Under the pieces are notes generated by a model. That model was not told where the DNA came from and searched no databases. It was given only the letters and a program-made list of their open reading frames with translations. From Balanoglossus misakiensis (taxonomy: Eukaryota > Animalia > Hemichordata), in contig CM082576.2 in assembly GCA_040954595.2 (NCBI GenBank), positions 17,097,028 to 17,161,027 of the forward strand: DNA of 64,000 nucleotides, written 5' to 3'. This document shows positions 37,901 through 50,810 of the stretch, in pieces. Numbering within the stretch: position 1 is the first letter of the stretch; the number at the start of each line of letters is the position of its first letter. Both the position numbers and the translations under genes were made by a program.

Positions 37901-38426
37901 AACATCAAAATTTAAGAAAAAAAGAACAGGATGTAAAATGTGCACATTGACAAGACTATCAAATGCTTGACATGGTGTCGTTACATGCATTTTGTGATGA
38001 CTGAAATTGAGACCAATGACCAGTTGTTGAAACAGGACAGCATCAGTAAAAATCTAAAATTTATGATGCAAAAAAAAACAGTTTATTTTAAATGCTAAAA
38101 CTGTAGAAAACAAAACTATGAATACTAAAACTTGTATCTCACACAACATAATAAGTACTAAAACTAGATACAGAAACTGTGAACTGAAACAATCTGAGTA
38201 ATCAAAGAAACTATGGCAGTCGTTTGGCCATACCTGAACATTTCCGAAGCAAAAGTATCATCTGTCTCAGCAATAAGCACCGAAATAATATGCCAATGTT
38301 TGACACCCATTTTTCAGGTCGATTTGCATTTTGACTGTCCACCGAAGGGTCGGGAACTCTTATAAAACCTTTCACCGTGTTTTTGCCAACTCTGTTTTTG
38401 CTCCCACTTGCGAGGGAGCCAGCCAT
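34950..38426 (-). pseudogene. 5-exon DNA transposase gene: THAP-like remnant, RAG1-N/Chapa-type Zn domain, Academ-like DDE core; disabled and 3'-truncated
   Basis: Exons 38426-38234, 37666-36835, 36600-36486, 36288-36066 and 35834-~34950, GT-AG with matching phases 1/2/0/1. Motifs H-x7-CRIC..D-x4-H-x4-C-x2-C..PH-x3-C-x2-C, AFDNDQ, DGLPY, PGKLHMEMN, DHH. Frame disruptions near 37200-37130 and 35465. Confidence 0.75.
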
Positions 38427-38622
38427 GTCAACTGTCTGTGTACGTTAGCGTGCGCACGGTGGCGTCTGCTACTGGTGCGTAGTTGGTGACGTCACACTGC
38501 ATATCGAGATCGACGCTACGCTGCTGCGCGATAAGTGAAAGTGAATAAAAACGACGCAAATCACTCATGTTTTTCACAAAGATTTTATTAGAATCTCTCT
38601 ACAAGGAAGGTGTCGGTTCACT
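38245..38622 (-). mobile_element. 5' terminus of the transposon carrying the above gene; near-identical copy at 58340-58717
   Basis: 378-bp match. Homology begins at TTAA|AGTGAACCGACACC in both copies (TTAA 38623-38626 and 58336-58339). Confidence 0.85.
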
Positions 38623-39449
38623 TTAAGGTTTTGTCAAGTGCCTCTTCGGTTTCTTCTACACAGCCACCTTTGGTATGCACGTGATATATACAAGACAGGA
38701 TGGCTCCTCCCCCTGGCTGGTCTCTATTCACACGGCTCTTCTTAAAGCGTTGGTGTTGAGCTGGGGTTTTACTTGGACCAGCATCCCCAGTGAACTGACT
38801 GCAAGAGAAAAGAAAAGAAATAAATTTGTGTAAATGTACAAATTTGGTGTTGCTATCAAAAGCATGGCATCTCATATTTGTGAGTCAATGAATATTCCTA
38901 CCCACTTTACATACAGTATTCCATAGAAACATGTCCAAGTACCTAGGGAAAGTATTTTACAATTTACAGTACAATTGATGTTCAAGTGAAGTAATTACTT
39001 GTCATGAAATCTGTGACACTATACACTTGCAACAGATAATATGTTAGTCAAAAAAGTAGTCATTAAGAAATGCACAAAGAAAATAAATGGAAAAAATACA
39101 TTTTGTGAAATTACCTTAACTACTATGCATGCTTTCTGCTCTATTTGCTAACTGTAAAGTACAATGAAAATCTTACCATTCAATCTTTGTGACCATCCTG
39201 TTTTCCAGTAACTCTTTGAACTTCCCACACAGGTTGCAATAGTCGAATGAACGGCATATGGGCTTTAAATAAGGACCGAAAACAGCCGAACATAACTCTG
39301 CGTACAATACTTCCGCATTAGCTAATTAATATTAATATGTACTATTGCGCATGCGCTTTACGCGAAGAAACAATGTCTTATTTTAGACTGAACACAAACT
39401 GATATTAGCCAAGTTAGAATATGGTCGGGTCTGTAATAAAAATCGCGTC

Positions 39450-40047
39450 AAGGACACAGTGGTCCCATTGAGGGATTACACAAGAAAAAGTCTACACCGG
39501 AGTACATGGCCATATACAGACACACACACACACACACATACACACACACACACATAGAGAGAGAGATCAATGGGCAAACACTGACTGACCCATAAGCTGC
39601 CAATGGCATATGTACTGTACATACCGGTACACTAAATAGAACAGCTGGCCTCTATAAAACTTAGCCAGTTATGTAATCATTCAGGAATTTGCTGTGTTTA
39701 TATGAAACACAGGAGGGAGTTCCTGCCTAATTAAAACAACTCAATAAAGTAAATACACACCACTTTGCAAAGCAATCTGACCAGTAGTTCTTGAGTTACT
39801 GAGTTTTGACCAAATTCCCATTTTTCCAGCTAATTTGCATATTTTTGGCAATGACAACTTAATTTGAACAAACCCCCATCTACAGCCCAGCCTGCATCTG
39901 CACACCAAATATCAAGGTTATACGCGCAGCGGTTTTCAAGTTTTTGATGTGGACGGACATACAGACATATATCCATACATCCATCCATACATACAGACGG
40001 AACCGATCCCATAAGGTCCCATGGTAAAAACCAATGGGACCTAAAAA
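39450..40047 (-). mobile_element. HINE-like element (minus orientation)
   Basis: Hairpin AGGTCCCATGGTAAAAACCAATGGGACCT next to a (CATC/CATA)n tract; matching GGTCCCATTG at 39461-39470. Confidence 0.55.
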
Positions 40048-40790
40048 CCACCAACTACCGGTACAATGATGAAGAACTCTCTAAAGGAAAATTAAAAATA
40101 CCGCGAAAAATTTCCCTGGAAAAAAGCGCGCTTTTATTTCTGAATAATTATAACTAGGCAACGTCAACGCTGATTGGTCCAGAAGATGATGAATTAATTA
40201 TCTGACGTCAAGTAACTTTCCAAGCGCGGGAGATACACATAAATATGGCTCCGCAGATGCCTCTCATTAAAAAGAGCTCCGCATCCTGTCATCAGCTCAG
40301 CCTGAATATGTTTACATTGAAAATACGCAATTTGATAGCAATAGTTTAATCTAGGAAGCCTTCTGCCCAGCGCATCGCTCAGATCATAAACATGATAAAA
40401 CAGTGGTTACTTGGCAAGTGCTGAAGCCAACCAAGACCATACAGGGCCCTGCAGCACAAGATTACTGTCATCTTGCACATACCATTGTCCCTTGCAAACC
40501 CACTACACTTGCCACATTCTTCGTCGTTGATGTCGCTGCACCCGCATTACTCTACTGAACCCCACCTTCCTTCCCCCGTGTACTGCAGTGTCACCTCTCC
40601 GTGTTTTCTACACCACACACTATGACCAATTTGAACACCATGCTTCATGCACAAACCCACCCTCTGTTCACTTTGGTTTCACCCACAACATCTTCACTAC
40701 CTGCCAATATAGCAAACGAACACCATACCCTCAATCCCCCCTTTCCGCTGTTCAAATTACTTCACTCACCCCATATCATTCACTTCCCAT

Positions 40791-41345
40791 TGTTACGACA
40801 CACCCTGTTTAGTTGCTTGGTCGAGAGAGGGGTAGCTTTTCTTTGCATAACAAAGGGCCCTGCCTTTTCAAGTAGTTCATTTAAATATTAGTAATAACCA
40901 GATGGCCACCCATATAAAAGGCCTTCTCACAAAAACCACGAGGCACACTTCTCAACACTGACTCGGAGGAGCACGTAGCTGTCGTAGCTCCAGCCACATC
41001 GCCTTGGGAATTAGGAATTTACCTAGCTGGGCTGGATTCTGTGAGCAACCCACTTCATGAGCAACGGACTTTGTGTGAGCAACGGACTTTGTGTGAGCAA
41101 CGGACTTTGTGTGAGCAACTGGCTTCTGTGAATGACGGACTTGGTCAGCAACGGACTTCTGTGCCTTGAGTTCGGCCAGGACTTTTGTGGACTCGGTAAC
41201 TCCTCGACCAAGCAGGGTAAAAAAACACGCAGTGAACATTTTCTTTTGTGTGACTTTTGATTTTAGAAGGCTAGTTGTTTAATTAAATATTCTGTTGTTG
41301 AACCACATTCTCCATTGTGTGCTCCCGTTTTTTTCTACCGTAACA
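40791..41345 (+). mobile_element. Solo LTR (555 bp, probably Gypsy-type)
   Basis: Ends TGTTACG...CGTAACA, 4-bp TSD CCAT, TATAAAAGG at 40913, ATTAAA near 41282, internal 18-bp tandem repeat GAGCAACGGACTTTGTGT. Confidence 0.88.
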
Positions 41346-43219
41346 CCATTATCACCATCAGCAACACTAATACAATTCCACACAAATTCACACATTTCCC
41401 TGTGAAACACTGCAAACTAAGGTGTGCTACCTTTGCCTACACATCCTTCCCTCAACAACTTCACGTAACACATCACTGTCTCTTCATACAATATTTCGGC
41501 CTGTCCAGCAGCCAACAACTGGAATGGCAACAGTCACATGACTTTTATTGCCCTAGCTTCTTCCAAACTCAGGCATCATCTGCAACTTCTTCCATCTTTG
41601 CCCGCGATTTCTTCTTGCACCATTTGTACCCTCTGCGCCATGACCGACTCCACAAGTGAAATCACGGGATACATCCACGATGTCAGCCCTGTCAAACTCC
41701 CCGCCAGATCTTCCGTTGGCTACTTCAATGCCAGATTCCAACAACCAACAGGCTACAACGACATGGTCGTCTTCGATGTTGCCAAACACGACCAATTCAA
41801 CACCGCACAAAACAAACGGTAAGTTCACTGTCACCCCTTCTCCCCACAACACGCAAAACAACTTCCAACGTCAATTTCCCTTGCTTTAGTACATGCTACA
41901 TTGTCCACTCCCCCCCCCCCCATTCTGCCGTTTACAACACATACAGGTTTCTCTATTTACCTCAAAACCACCTTCTTCCCATTGTGCACTCTGTGCTATA
42001 CTCCCTCCCCAATCCAAACACATTGCATTTGCAACCTCAGTTCATGACCCGAAATAACCCGCGAAGTTGACAACAAGCAGTGATTGGGAAGTCAACGCGC
42101 CCTGCGCCATAGTCGCATTGAACTGAAAAGTGACGCATTGAAATTTGTTACTTTGCGCCCGAAGTGCGCATTGAAATTTGAGTCCGAAATACTTAGGAAA
42201 AAAAATTTTGTTTAGCATCCTCGCCTATAATGCCATCAAGGCGTCCTATAAATAGCCTCATTTTATGGTGCCCATAGTAACACGTACAAATTGCAACAAG
42301 TAACGCAGCTCAGCGTACCGATCGCAACAAGTTATCTAAACTTGACGAAAGATGTAGCAACTTTTGTTGGAGGTCATGCATGCGTTCGAACGCGTCTGAA
42401 AAATACTTGCACACAGGATAGCAGACGGCAGACACCTGTGATGTCGATTTTGAGTCAAAAAGAAGCATAAAAGGAAGGCATCTCTTTTCAGCAGCAAGAC
42501 TGTCGTTTCCATCATCAATTTGTGGATTTTATCAAGCATAAAATCTTCGCTTTTGCTCACTTTTGCTCGTCCCCTTGCATGCTATTGTGTTGTCCAGTCA
42601 AGTGAGAAAAATAGCAATCATTGTTTTCAAACTTGTTCCTGTACAGCCATTCTTCAATTAATGAGTATGGTTTTAGTATAACCCAGGCAAAATCTACATC
42701 AAAATGTCTGACTATTTCCACTGACTTCGATGGAAAGAAGAGACTGATAAACACATGTTATATAGACATGTAAATGACAATATAAACAATTTTGAACTGA
42801 TGATATTTTGCATCTAAATTTCATTCGATTTTTTATCGATACTGTAGGGCTCATTACAAATTTTGAATGTCCCATTGAAGTTCAAAATGGCCCATTCATT
42901 TTGGCTGGGATGGGGCCATTGGCACATTGGTGTTTTCAGACTTCCCAATCACTGAACAAGTCAAAATCTTCACAGGTTTCGTACATGATAAGTCTATTGT
43001 ATGCTGGTCCACTATACGTAAAAGATTTTTGTGATCTTGAATTTTATTCTCTGTGAAGAATTGTGTGTTTGATATCCGCTGTGTCGGTCACATGTCACAA
43101 GAAATTACAATAAAAGTTTCTGCGCGTGCGTCAAACAGAGATGCAATCACGTATATTTCATATTGTTTCAGGTGTTTGCACTGAAGAGTGGTCTACAAGG
43201 GATTAGTACCGCACCGTTA

Positions 43220-46200
43220 ATGGCATCGAGAAAAAAAGTAGTGAAAACCCATTTTGGGGACCAAGGTAAGTAAGTGTACATTATTGTATTTATTTCATGT
43301 AATACTGTGACACAAAGTGAGAAAAAGTTGTTTATAGTTATATGCTACGCTAACGTGCGGTTGAATCCATACGCGCACCACTGCATTTGGGTGCTCGAGT
43401 TTCCCGCGCCACCGAATATTTGAAGAAAAACGTGAGTCACAGTGTTTTCGTGAATGGAACTGTCATTAAAAGTGAAAAAGAAAACATACTGCCGTATTTA
43501 TTTCTTGGTATTTTAATTTGTCTCGCTTGCTTTGGTGCAATTTATAGACTTGCAGTCTCTCTATGGACCTATTGTGTACATATGTATGTACACCCACTAC
43601 GCAAATATCGAAATTTGTCTTGTTCAGTTTTTGTATGTTATGGGTTTACTGATGTTTTGGCTCGTCGTTTACGTAAATTTTCATACAAAGTAATGTTGTG
43701 TTATAGAAACCCTGAACAAGAAAATGGGAGTGTAGTTTTTGTTCAGCTTATTTTGCGGTACGTCGCTATAGTAAAAAGATCATCTCAGACGGGGTTCTAG
43801 CTCTGCGTACGGTGACAGGGCTGGCTGTGTACGTGCACCTCGAATTTTGTAAACAGTGCGAACATGAGTGTACCGTATCTGAAACGTTACATTTAGCTAA
43901 ACTATGGATATTTCTTTCCGTAGTTTTAAATGTAAATTGTCGAAAACATCTTTGACAGGGCTCGACAATTATTATTATTTGCATGTGTAGAGATGTTTAT
44001 TTCATAGTTTTCTCCAGTAAGCACGATTCCCCCTCGGGTTTACGCTTGAAGCGCCCCTTGGGCCGTGTTCAAGGGGCGAAAATCGCCCCTTAGGCTTAAT
44101 TCCTGAGCAACCCATTGGTATAACCTTGTGATAGCCTACTGCTGCGTGCAGGCCAATACATTAGAAATTGCCACCCCGAAACCGTGTTGTAAATGTGTCT
44201 GGACGCCGAAGTTTTGGTCTAAATTTAAAGCACATGCCGAAGTGACCTTCAAGTTGGATGGCGACTTTTGAAGTTGGTTTTGCTTATAGGTCCACAGCAG
44301 AAGGTATCAGTTTTATGCAGATTACCAGTCTGTGTCGCTGCCATGGCGATTATCAAGACTACATTTGTTTTTCCTGACCTTGCTTTTTTACTTTGAAAAA
44401 CTGTGCCTAACTGCAGATGGGGAAAGTGTAGGCAAAAATCTGGAGAAATATAAAACTTCAGATTTAGGATCTTTATGTAATAATTTCATTTGTTGACTTT
44501 CCATATACAGTGATGTTGACTGATAAGGCTAGAAATGCTTTCTTGTGCTTTAGCTTCACAAACTGATTTTTAGCAGCTAAACTTGAACATTTATGATTTA
44601 AAATACAAACAAGAAAAGTTATTTTGGACTAAGGGACAATATTCCCTCTTCTCTCAACATCCTGGAGAAAACCCTGTGTTACCCTACACTGTCTGTCTCG
44701 TACATTTTGACAGTGGCAAAAGAAAAATCTCTACACATGCAGAGTACTGAATACAGCAGAACTTTATTGGCTGCTTGGACGGTCACAAATATGATATCTT
44801 TCTACAAGCAAATGCAAATGAATTTGTATCTTCTTTCTCATCATTGCAGAATATGTCTTGGTTCAATTTTTGCAAGACAATGAAATGCTAATTTGTAAAG
44901 CATCTGAAGTTAAAACTAAGGACGATATTCCACAGGCTATGTGGGGCCCGGACAAAAAAATTTATCCTTGTAACATACAAGGAAAAAGTTGTAAGTACAA
45001 AATTAATATTCTAAAGATAAAATGTAAGACTGTAGTTGCAAAATAGGTGTTGTTATACCATTTCCTTTTCCTGGGCAAATTCTTGACAACTGTTTAGAGT
45101 GTGTCAGAGGCGTTGGTAATTCTCACTAGTTCAGTTCCAAAAGAAAATGACTGAAGGAAGTTCAAAAGATTTCATAATTGTTTAAATTAATTTTGAGAAA
45201 TCTGCACCAGTAGTATGTGGGGAAAAATAGTTCACTCAAAAATCACACAGTAGGCTGCCAAGCTAGGACTGTTTCTGCTTAAGTTTGGGAACTTAGTCCA
45301 GTCAATCTACGCCCAAAAATGGGTCAACCCGGAACAAATTCAACACAAGGTTTCTCAACGGTTTTGTTCTCATCAGGTACTAGATAATAACATACTAAAA
45401 GTTGACTCAAATCCGACGATGCGAATTAAGGTTTTTTGACACTTTTAAAAAAGTATATACTTTAACAGGGGCGGGGGGGGGGGGGGCACTTCTGGGTTTC
45501 TCTGTGCTTAGATTAGACGCCCCCATTTTGAGCCACTTTAACTTGAGTTCTGTACTTTGATTGTTATCACATGTATGTCCATTACATTGGCACTATATGT
45601 AAGTGTAGTATCTAAACTATAGTTATTTTGTGTCTTTAGGTGATAAACAGGAATTGATGAGGAAAAAGTCAGCCATAATGAAAGCATTTTGCCCTGGAAA
45701 AAAATCAGCGGTACCACAAAAGAAGCCACAAGCAGCACTGCAACAACAAAAAAACAAAGGAAGGAAGGAAACAAAAACATCAGAAGAAAAAAAGATATGT
45801 GCCGAAAAAAACAGGAAGTGGCAAGGAAGAGACAAGAAAATGAGCAAAAGCGAGAGGCACAACTAAAAAGAGACAATGCAGTAGCAAAGCAGATGTTTCG
45901 ATATGGTCTCCCTACTGAAACTTCACGTACATCACCTACCATGCCTGGCTCGACAGTGAAAGCAACAGATGACCAGTATAAAAGTGCTTCTACCAACCTG
46001 GAGAAAACACAAAAGTCTCTTCACCCTACTGAAACTTCATTCACATCACCTACCCGTACCATTCCTGTCTTAGAGAAAGTAACAGATGGCCAGAAGTATA
46101 CAAGTGCTTATATCAAGCTGGAGAAAAAATTCAAGTCTCTGGAGGAACGCTTTGAAGCAATGAAGAAAGAAAATGTGGCCATCAAGCAAGAAAATGCTGC

Positions 46201-49200
46201 TCTACAAGGCAAAGGCAAGTGTAACTTTACAATGGCTTGGACAAGATTCCAAGTTTTAGTTATGAAAATGTCAAGCACAGGTTAGCACTTATAACAATCA
46301 GTTTGCACTTTGTTATTGTAAGGTTAATATATCCCTCTACGCCATTTCTGAGAGGTCTCAGAGTTTCATGTATTTCTTTTTAAGTTTGCAGGAAAACTGC
46401 CAAGCTAACTTGCCCATTTTTTCTCTTGGTTTAGAGTAGTGGTCAACTCAAAATGTAGGATATTGTCATTTTTCTGTTTAGTATATATACTGTGTATCAA
46501 TGAATTTTAATACAAAAGTAGAAAGATAACATGGTGTTCCAATCCTACTTTTTCAGGCAGGGGTCTAAAATATTGTAGAAAATGCTGAGCCAGCACTTTT
46601 CTTGCACATCTCATGTTATAGTTTTCCTATGGTGAATATCTGAAGAGCATGGTGACATAGTCTTTTCTTTGTATTATTTAATAAGACATGTACATTGTAT
46701 TTCTTTTCTTTTTTTCAGTGGTAAATGACGAAATCCCTCGTCCAAAAGCCGGTAAAGTGTCCAAGTCCATGGTACATGCATTTCAGGTATTGTTCAGTAT
46801 TTAGAGGCTATAAACAGCAAGTGAGGGTTTTGCAGATATAAGACCTCTTGAGCGAAGCAAGGTGATTATTCCATCCAAATATGCTAATTTTCACTTGAGA
46901 GGTCTTGTATCCTTACCAAATACCCAAGCGCACTGTTTATAACCACATTACAATATGCTTTTGCTTGATAAACTATTTCATTATTTAAAATTTTTGGGGT
47001 TGGAATAAATCATGTCAGTTCAAGGTCCTGTTGCAGAACATGCCAGCTGAGCTCGAAGTTCTCAGCTTGTGCGATTTTATGCCACTGACAGTAGAATTCA
47101 TAAAATGTGTTCTATTTGGGTGATCACTCTTCTGTGACATGTGTTCTATTTTTTTAAAAATAATTATTGACTGTACATAATTGGGTATAAATTGAACGTA
47201 GATAATAATTTTCAATTGTTTATTATGTAACAAGAACAACAACAACAATAATTTTTCAGTTTTCTTTATTGACTTGAATGGTAAACTCAGCTCCTGAGCG
47301 TCACGCCCTGTGCTCCCTCAAGGGTGGGTGGGGGGGGGGGGGGAGGGAGAAAGGGGGAAAAAATTCATGTCGCCGCACCATTTTGTAAAGATAGCCCTGA
47401 CCAGAATCGATTTTTCACATAACCTTGACTCTTTTAGATGATTGAGTTGGTACCAGGCTCACAGGTATTTATGTACCAGAGCCAGCTCAGAATAGCAGAG
47501 AGGAAACTGAAAAATAGTGGTACATCAGCTGCATTATTTCTGCTGACTTGCTTTTATGGAAACACTGAACTAATAGGAAAAAATTTGACTGGGGCAAACT
47601 CCAAAGAAGGAATTGATAGAGGCATTGTTGATGCAATAATTGGTAGGTCAATATTTTCACATTGGTAGGTCAGTATTTTCACAGTTTGAAAAAAATCATT
47701 AGAATGAACAAAGGGGCTTTCAGTCTTTTTGAGGGACCAAAATATCAAAATAATTTTATTACATGCCTTGATCTGCATGCAGATCAGTGCATTTATTCAA
47801 ATAGGCATCATCCGGGAATGTCGAGGGCTGGTGAACATTATATTGACTGGTTGCCAAGGCTACCAGTCCTATGATACCAGCCTGAACAACAGCCGATGAA
47901 ATAACTTTTTAAAGATTAACTATGACATTGCTGAATTTGGTGGCATGGTGAGGCATGTAATAAAATTATCATTGCCTGACTGAGTGAATGCATGGGTTTA
48001 TCACATTCACAGAGTTAGTCACAGCGGACCAGAATTTTGCGTCATCTCGCGCTGTGCCAACATAACATCCTAGCAAGTTGTCTAGTCTAGTTCACCCGCA
48101 AAGACATGTTGCCAGTAGCAGTTTTATTGGGAAGAAATACTTCATTTAAAACTCAATAAAATATAAACTCAGCTCCAGTGTCATGATTTTCATAATAACC
48201 TCATATCGTGTTTTTTTCAGGGTATTGTGTAAAGGCAGAAATTAAAAACTCGCCTGCTGTCATCAAGATGGCTTTGAGAAACAAAATCACGGCGATAACC
48301 TTTTATCACTGCAGCAGCAGACCAACAGCAAGAAATAAAAAATCAAAAGCATCAGGTAAGTTACTAAGAAACATTGAGGGAGTGAAATATGAGCATGAAA
48401 GAATTAACCTTGTTTTTCCTGTTTACAATGTGTAGCAGATACATCTTTTCACTGCTTGAAATCTGAAATTGAAGAAATGAGTTCTTGTTTTCACACCATT
48501 TTTTACTTACACTGTCTATGTGTTCTTTTTCCTAAATATGCCAACATTTGTCAACAATGTAAAAAATTATAGCAGCTATATTTTTAATTTTCATATATCC
48601 TTGGCATGTTAAAGATGGGGGAGGTCGTCTGATGCGCATGTCCAGGCGGGTGGTTTCCACCCAACCAAAGAAGGCAGCGCGCGGGTTTGTTTTTTTAAAA
48701 GTGGCTGCCTTTGCAACATCTGTCAGAGAGAAGAATGCCCCGAGGTGACCACAAAGAGGTGTGAATCACTGGGGTCGAAGTGACCTGTTACGGTAGTTTC
48801 CACTGTTTGTAAACACGCGAAACAATGCTGTTCTCGCACATGCGCATCAGACGAACCCCCCGCCCCCCATCTTTAATTCTTTCCATGCAAACTGTAACAA
48901 GAACACAAAGCTCCAAGAAACACAAGCTCCTGTATACAACATAAAATGACAGTTCTTTGTGTATATTTTTTATGTTCGTAGGAAAACTGAAGAGAAAAGA
49001 AACAGATGACCATGATGAAAGTGACAGTGATGTCTACATGGAGGATGGTGTTCCTGCAGTTCGTGACTTTGCATTTATTTCTGTGGTGGACGTACTTCAT
49101 ATGTTCAGTGGTTGCGCCCAGCAAATTTCCACGTGTTTGTTCAACAAATGCTCTGATAGATTACATTTTGAAAGTGACTTTTTTCCTCCATTCTGTTGTG

Positions 49201-49226
49201 AATGGACAGAAACATTGAAATTTTGA
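43220..49226 (+). pseudogene. 7-exon BEN-domain protein gene (coiled coil + BEN); one frameshift near 45780
   Basis: Exons 43220-43265, 44850-44990, 45640-46214 (GC donor), 46719-~46770 (donor uncertain), 47438-47642, 48221-48355, 48982-49226. MIELVPGSQVF..AALFLLTCFY..ELIGKNLTG..IDRGIVDAIIG..ALRNKI is BEN-like. AATAAA at 49251. Confidence 0.7.
48613..48872. mobile_element. Kolobok-type MITE (TTAA TSD)
   Basis: TTAA|AGATGGGGG..TCGTCTGATGCGCATG ... CATGCGCATCAGACGA..CCCCCATCT|TTAA. Confidence 0.88.
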
Positions 49227-49439
49227 ATGGTTTTCCATGGTTGTTTTGAGAATAAAATGACTTCAATGTGACCAGTTAGTTTATGCGTTTTAATGAGAAT
49301 ATGTATATTTTATGTAAAAATATAATTTATTCTTATTTTTGTGTAAAATAATATGTAACCCTGAATGAGCGACGTGTCATTCTTGTATTTTGAATGCTGA
49401 ATGTATACTTGTGTTTTAAAGATTGTTTTCATTGGTGTT

Positions 49440-49775
49440 GCATAAAATATACTCAAAGTGCACTAATACATAATCAAATATGTTTAATATACTCAAAGTA
49501 TACTTTGCAGTACATTAAATGTCTGGCTATATATGAGCATACTCAAAGTACATTTGACTTTTACACATATACTCAAAGTATACTTGTTGAATATACTTAA
49601 AGTACATTTGAGGTGTTCCAAATCATACATACTCAAAGTATGTTCAGGATCTCATTTATAGTACACTTTAAGTATACATAACATATATTTAAAGTATATC
49701 AAAACTATACATAATATCTGTTGAGAAATATACTTCCAATATACTTGAAGTATATATGGCTCATTTTGGTAAGGG
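49440..49775. mobile_element. EnSpm/CACTA-like right end with subterminal repeats
   Basis: Multiple ATACTCAAAGTA-type repeats ending in ...TTTTGGTAAGGG at 49775, where base composition switches abruptly. The matching left end was not found. Confidence 0.55.
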
Positions 49776-50636
49776 AAGCCTCTCTCCCGACCTTCGCACA
49801 AAAACCTACATGCATTACCTACAAACTCTACATTCCTTCGGCTTGCCACGTCACACCCCCATATTTCAAATTTTCAATGAAAAACTGATTCAGAAACAGT
49901 CTTTACAACGGAGGAACAATATTTTTGTTTACATAGGCTCATTTCCGGCCGACACCATTTCTTCCCAGCTGACTCCAACATTGTTTACATAGTACAGGAA
50001 ACTCCCTGTACACCCGCAATCCACAGAACCACCCTGCTCCCAATACATTTCTACCTTCGCAAGCCTCCATCCACATAACCACACCTTCAATACGGCAGGT
50101 CCCGATTGCACTTTCCAATCAACACCTCCCCCATTGTTATACAATGTACACAACGGACACTTGCAGCATATAATCACATTTGACCTATAAGACTACACAG
50201 GCGCACTAAATAGAAAACTGCAAGGCTCACCCCACCAATTATTACTGTTTCGCCCACAGTTTCCCAATTGCGCAGCCATCAATAAGCACAGCAACAACAA
50301 CACCTACGTGCATTCTATCGTAGTCTCTCCCAACACCTACACTTTGTTCGTCCAGCACAACACAGGCTTCCACTCAAACAGCCCTACTGATTCCTCCCAA
50401 CCTTTACTTCACCATCGCCACTTTCCACAACCACTGCTTCCTTCGCACCTTCCCACGCACATCTGTCATTTACAGCACACCTCCCCTTTACTGCACACCC
50501 TTCCTGCTGCACTTTCACCTGCACACATACATGTACTTCACAAATACACATCAAACAACATGCATGACACACTCCAACCACTCCCACATTTTCACAAAGT
50601 ACATTTCCATTCACACACCCACACACTCCAACTTAA

Positions 50637-50810
50637 AGGTATACGGTCACCTCCAATTTACATATCGCCAAATATAGTTGAAATGGCGTATTTGAGTGTT
50701 CTAAAGAACGCTTTATTTTCGCGTGTGCCACCCACTGAAAATCTGTGATTGGTTAGATCTCGATTTACCATGGTAACTGTGGCTAAATTTGTATAGGTGA
50801 CCGTATACCT
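50637..50810. mobile_element. 174-bp Kolobok-type MITE (TTAA TSD)
   Basis: Perfect 16-bp TIR AGGTATACGGTCACCT; TTAA at 50633-50636 and 50811-50814. Confidence 0.9.

Noticed and set aside
38627-39300. Possible minus-strand exons (acceptor near 38800, donor near 39176)
   Set aside because: Splice-like signals are present but there is no consistent frame or recognisable product.
40952-41239. ORFs with peptide repeats (KSVAHT)n / (QSPLLT)n
   Set aside because: They arise from an 18-bp tandem repeat inside the solo LTR.
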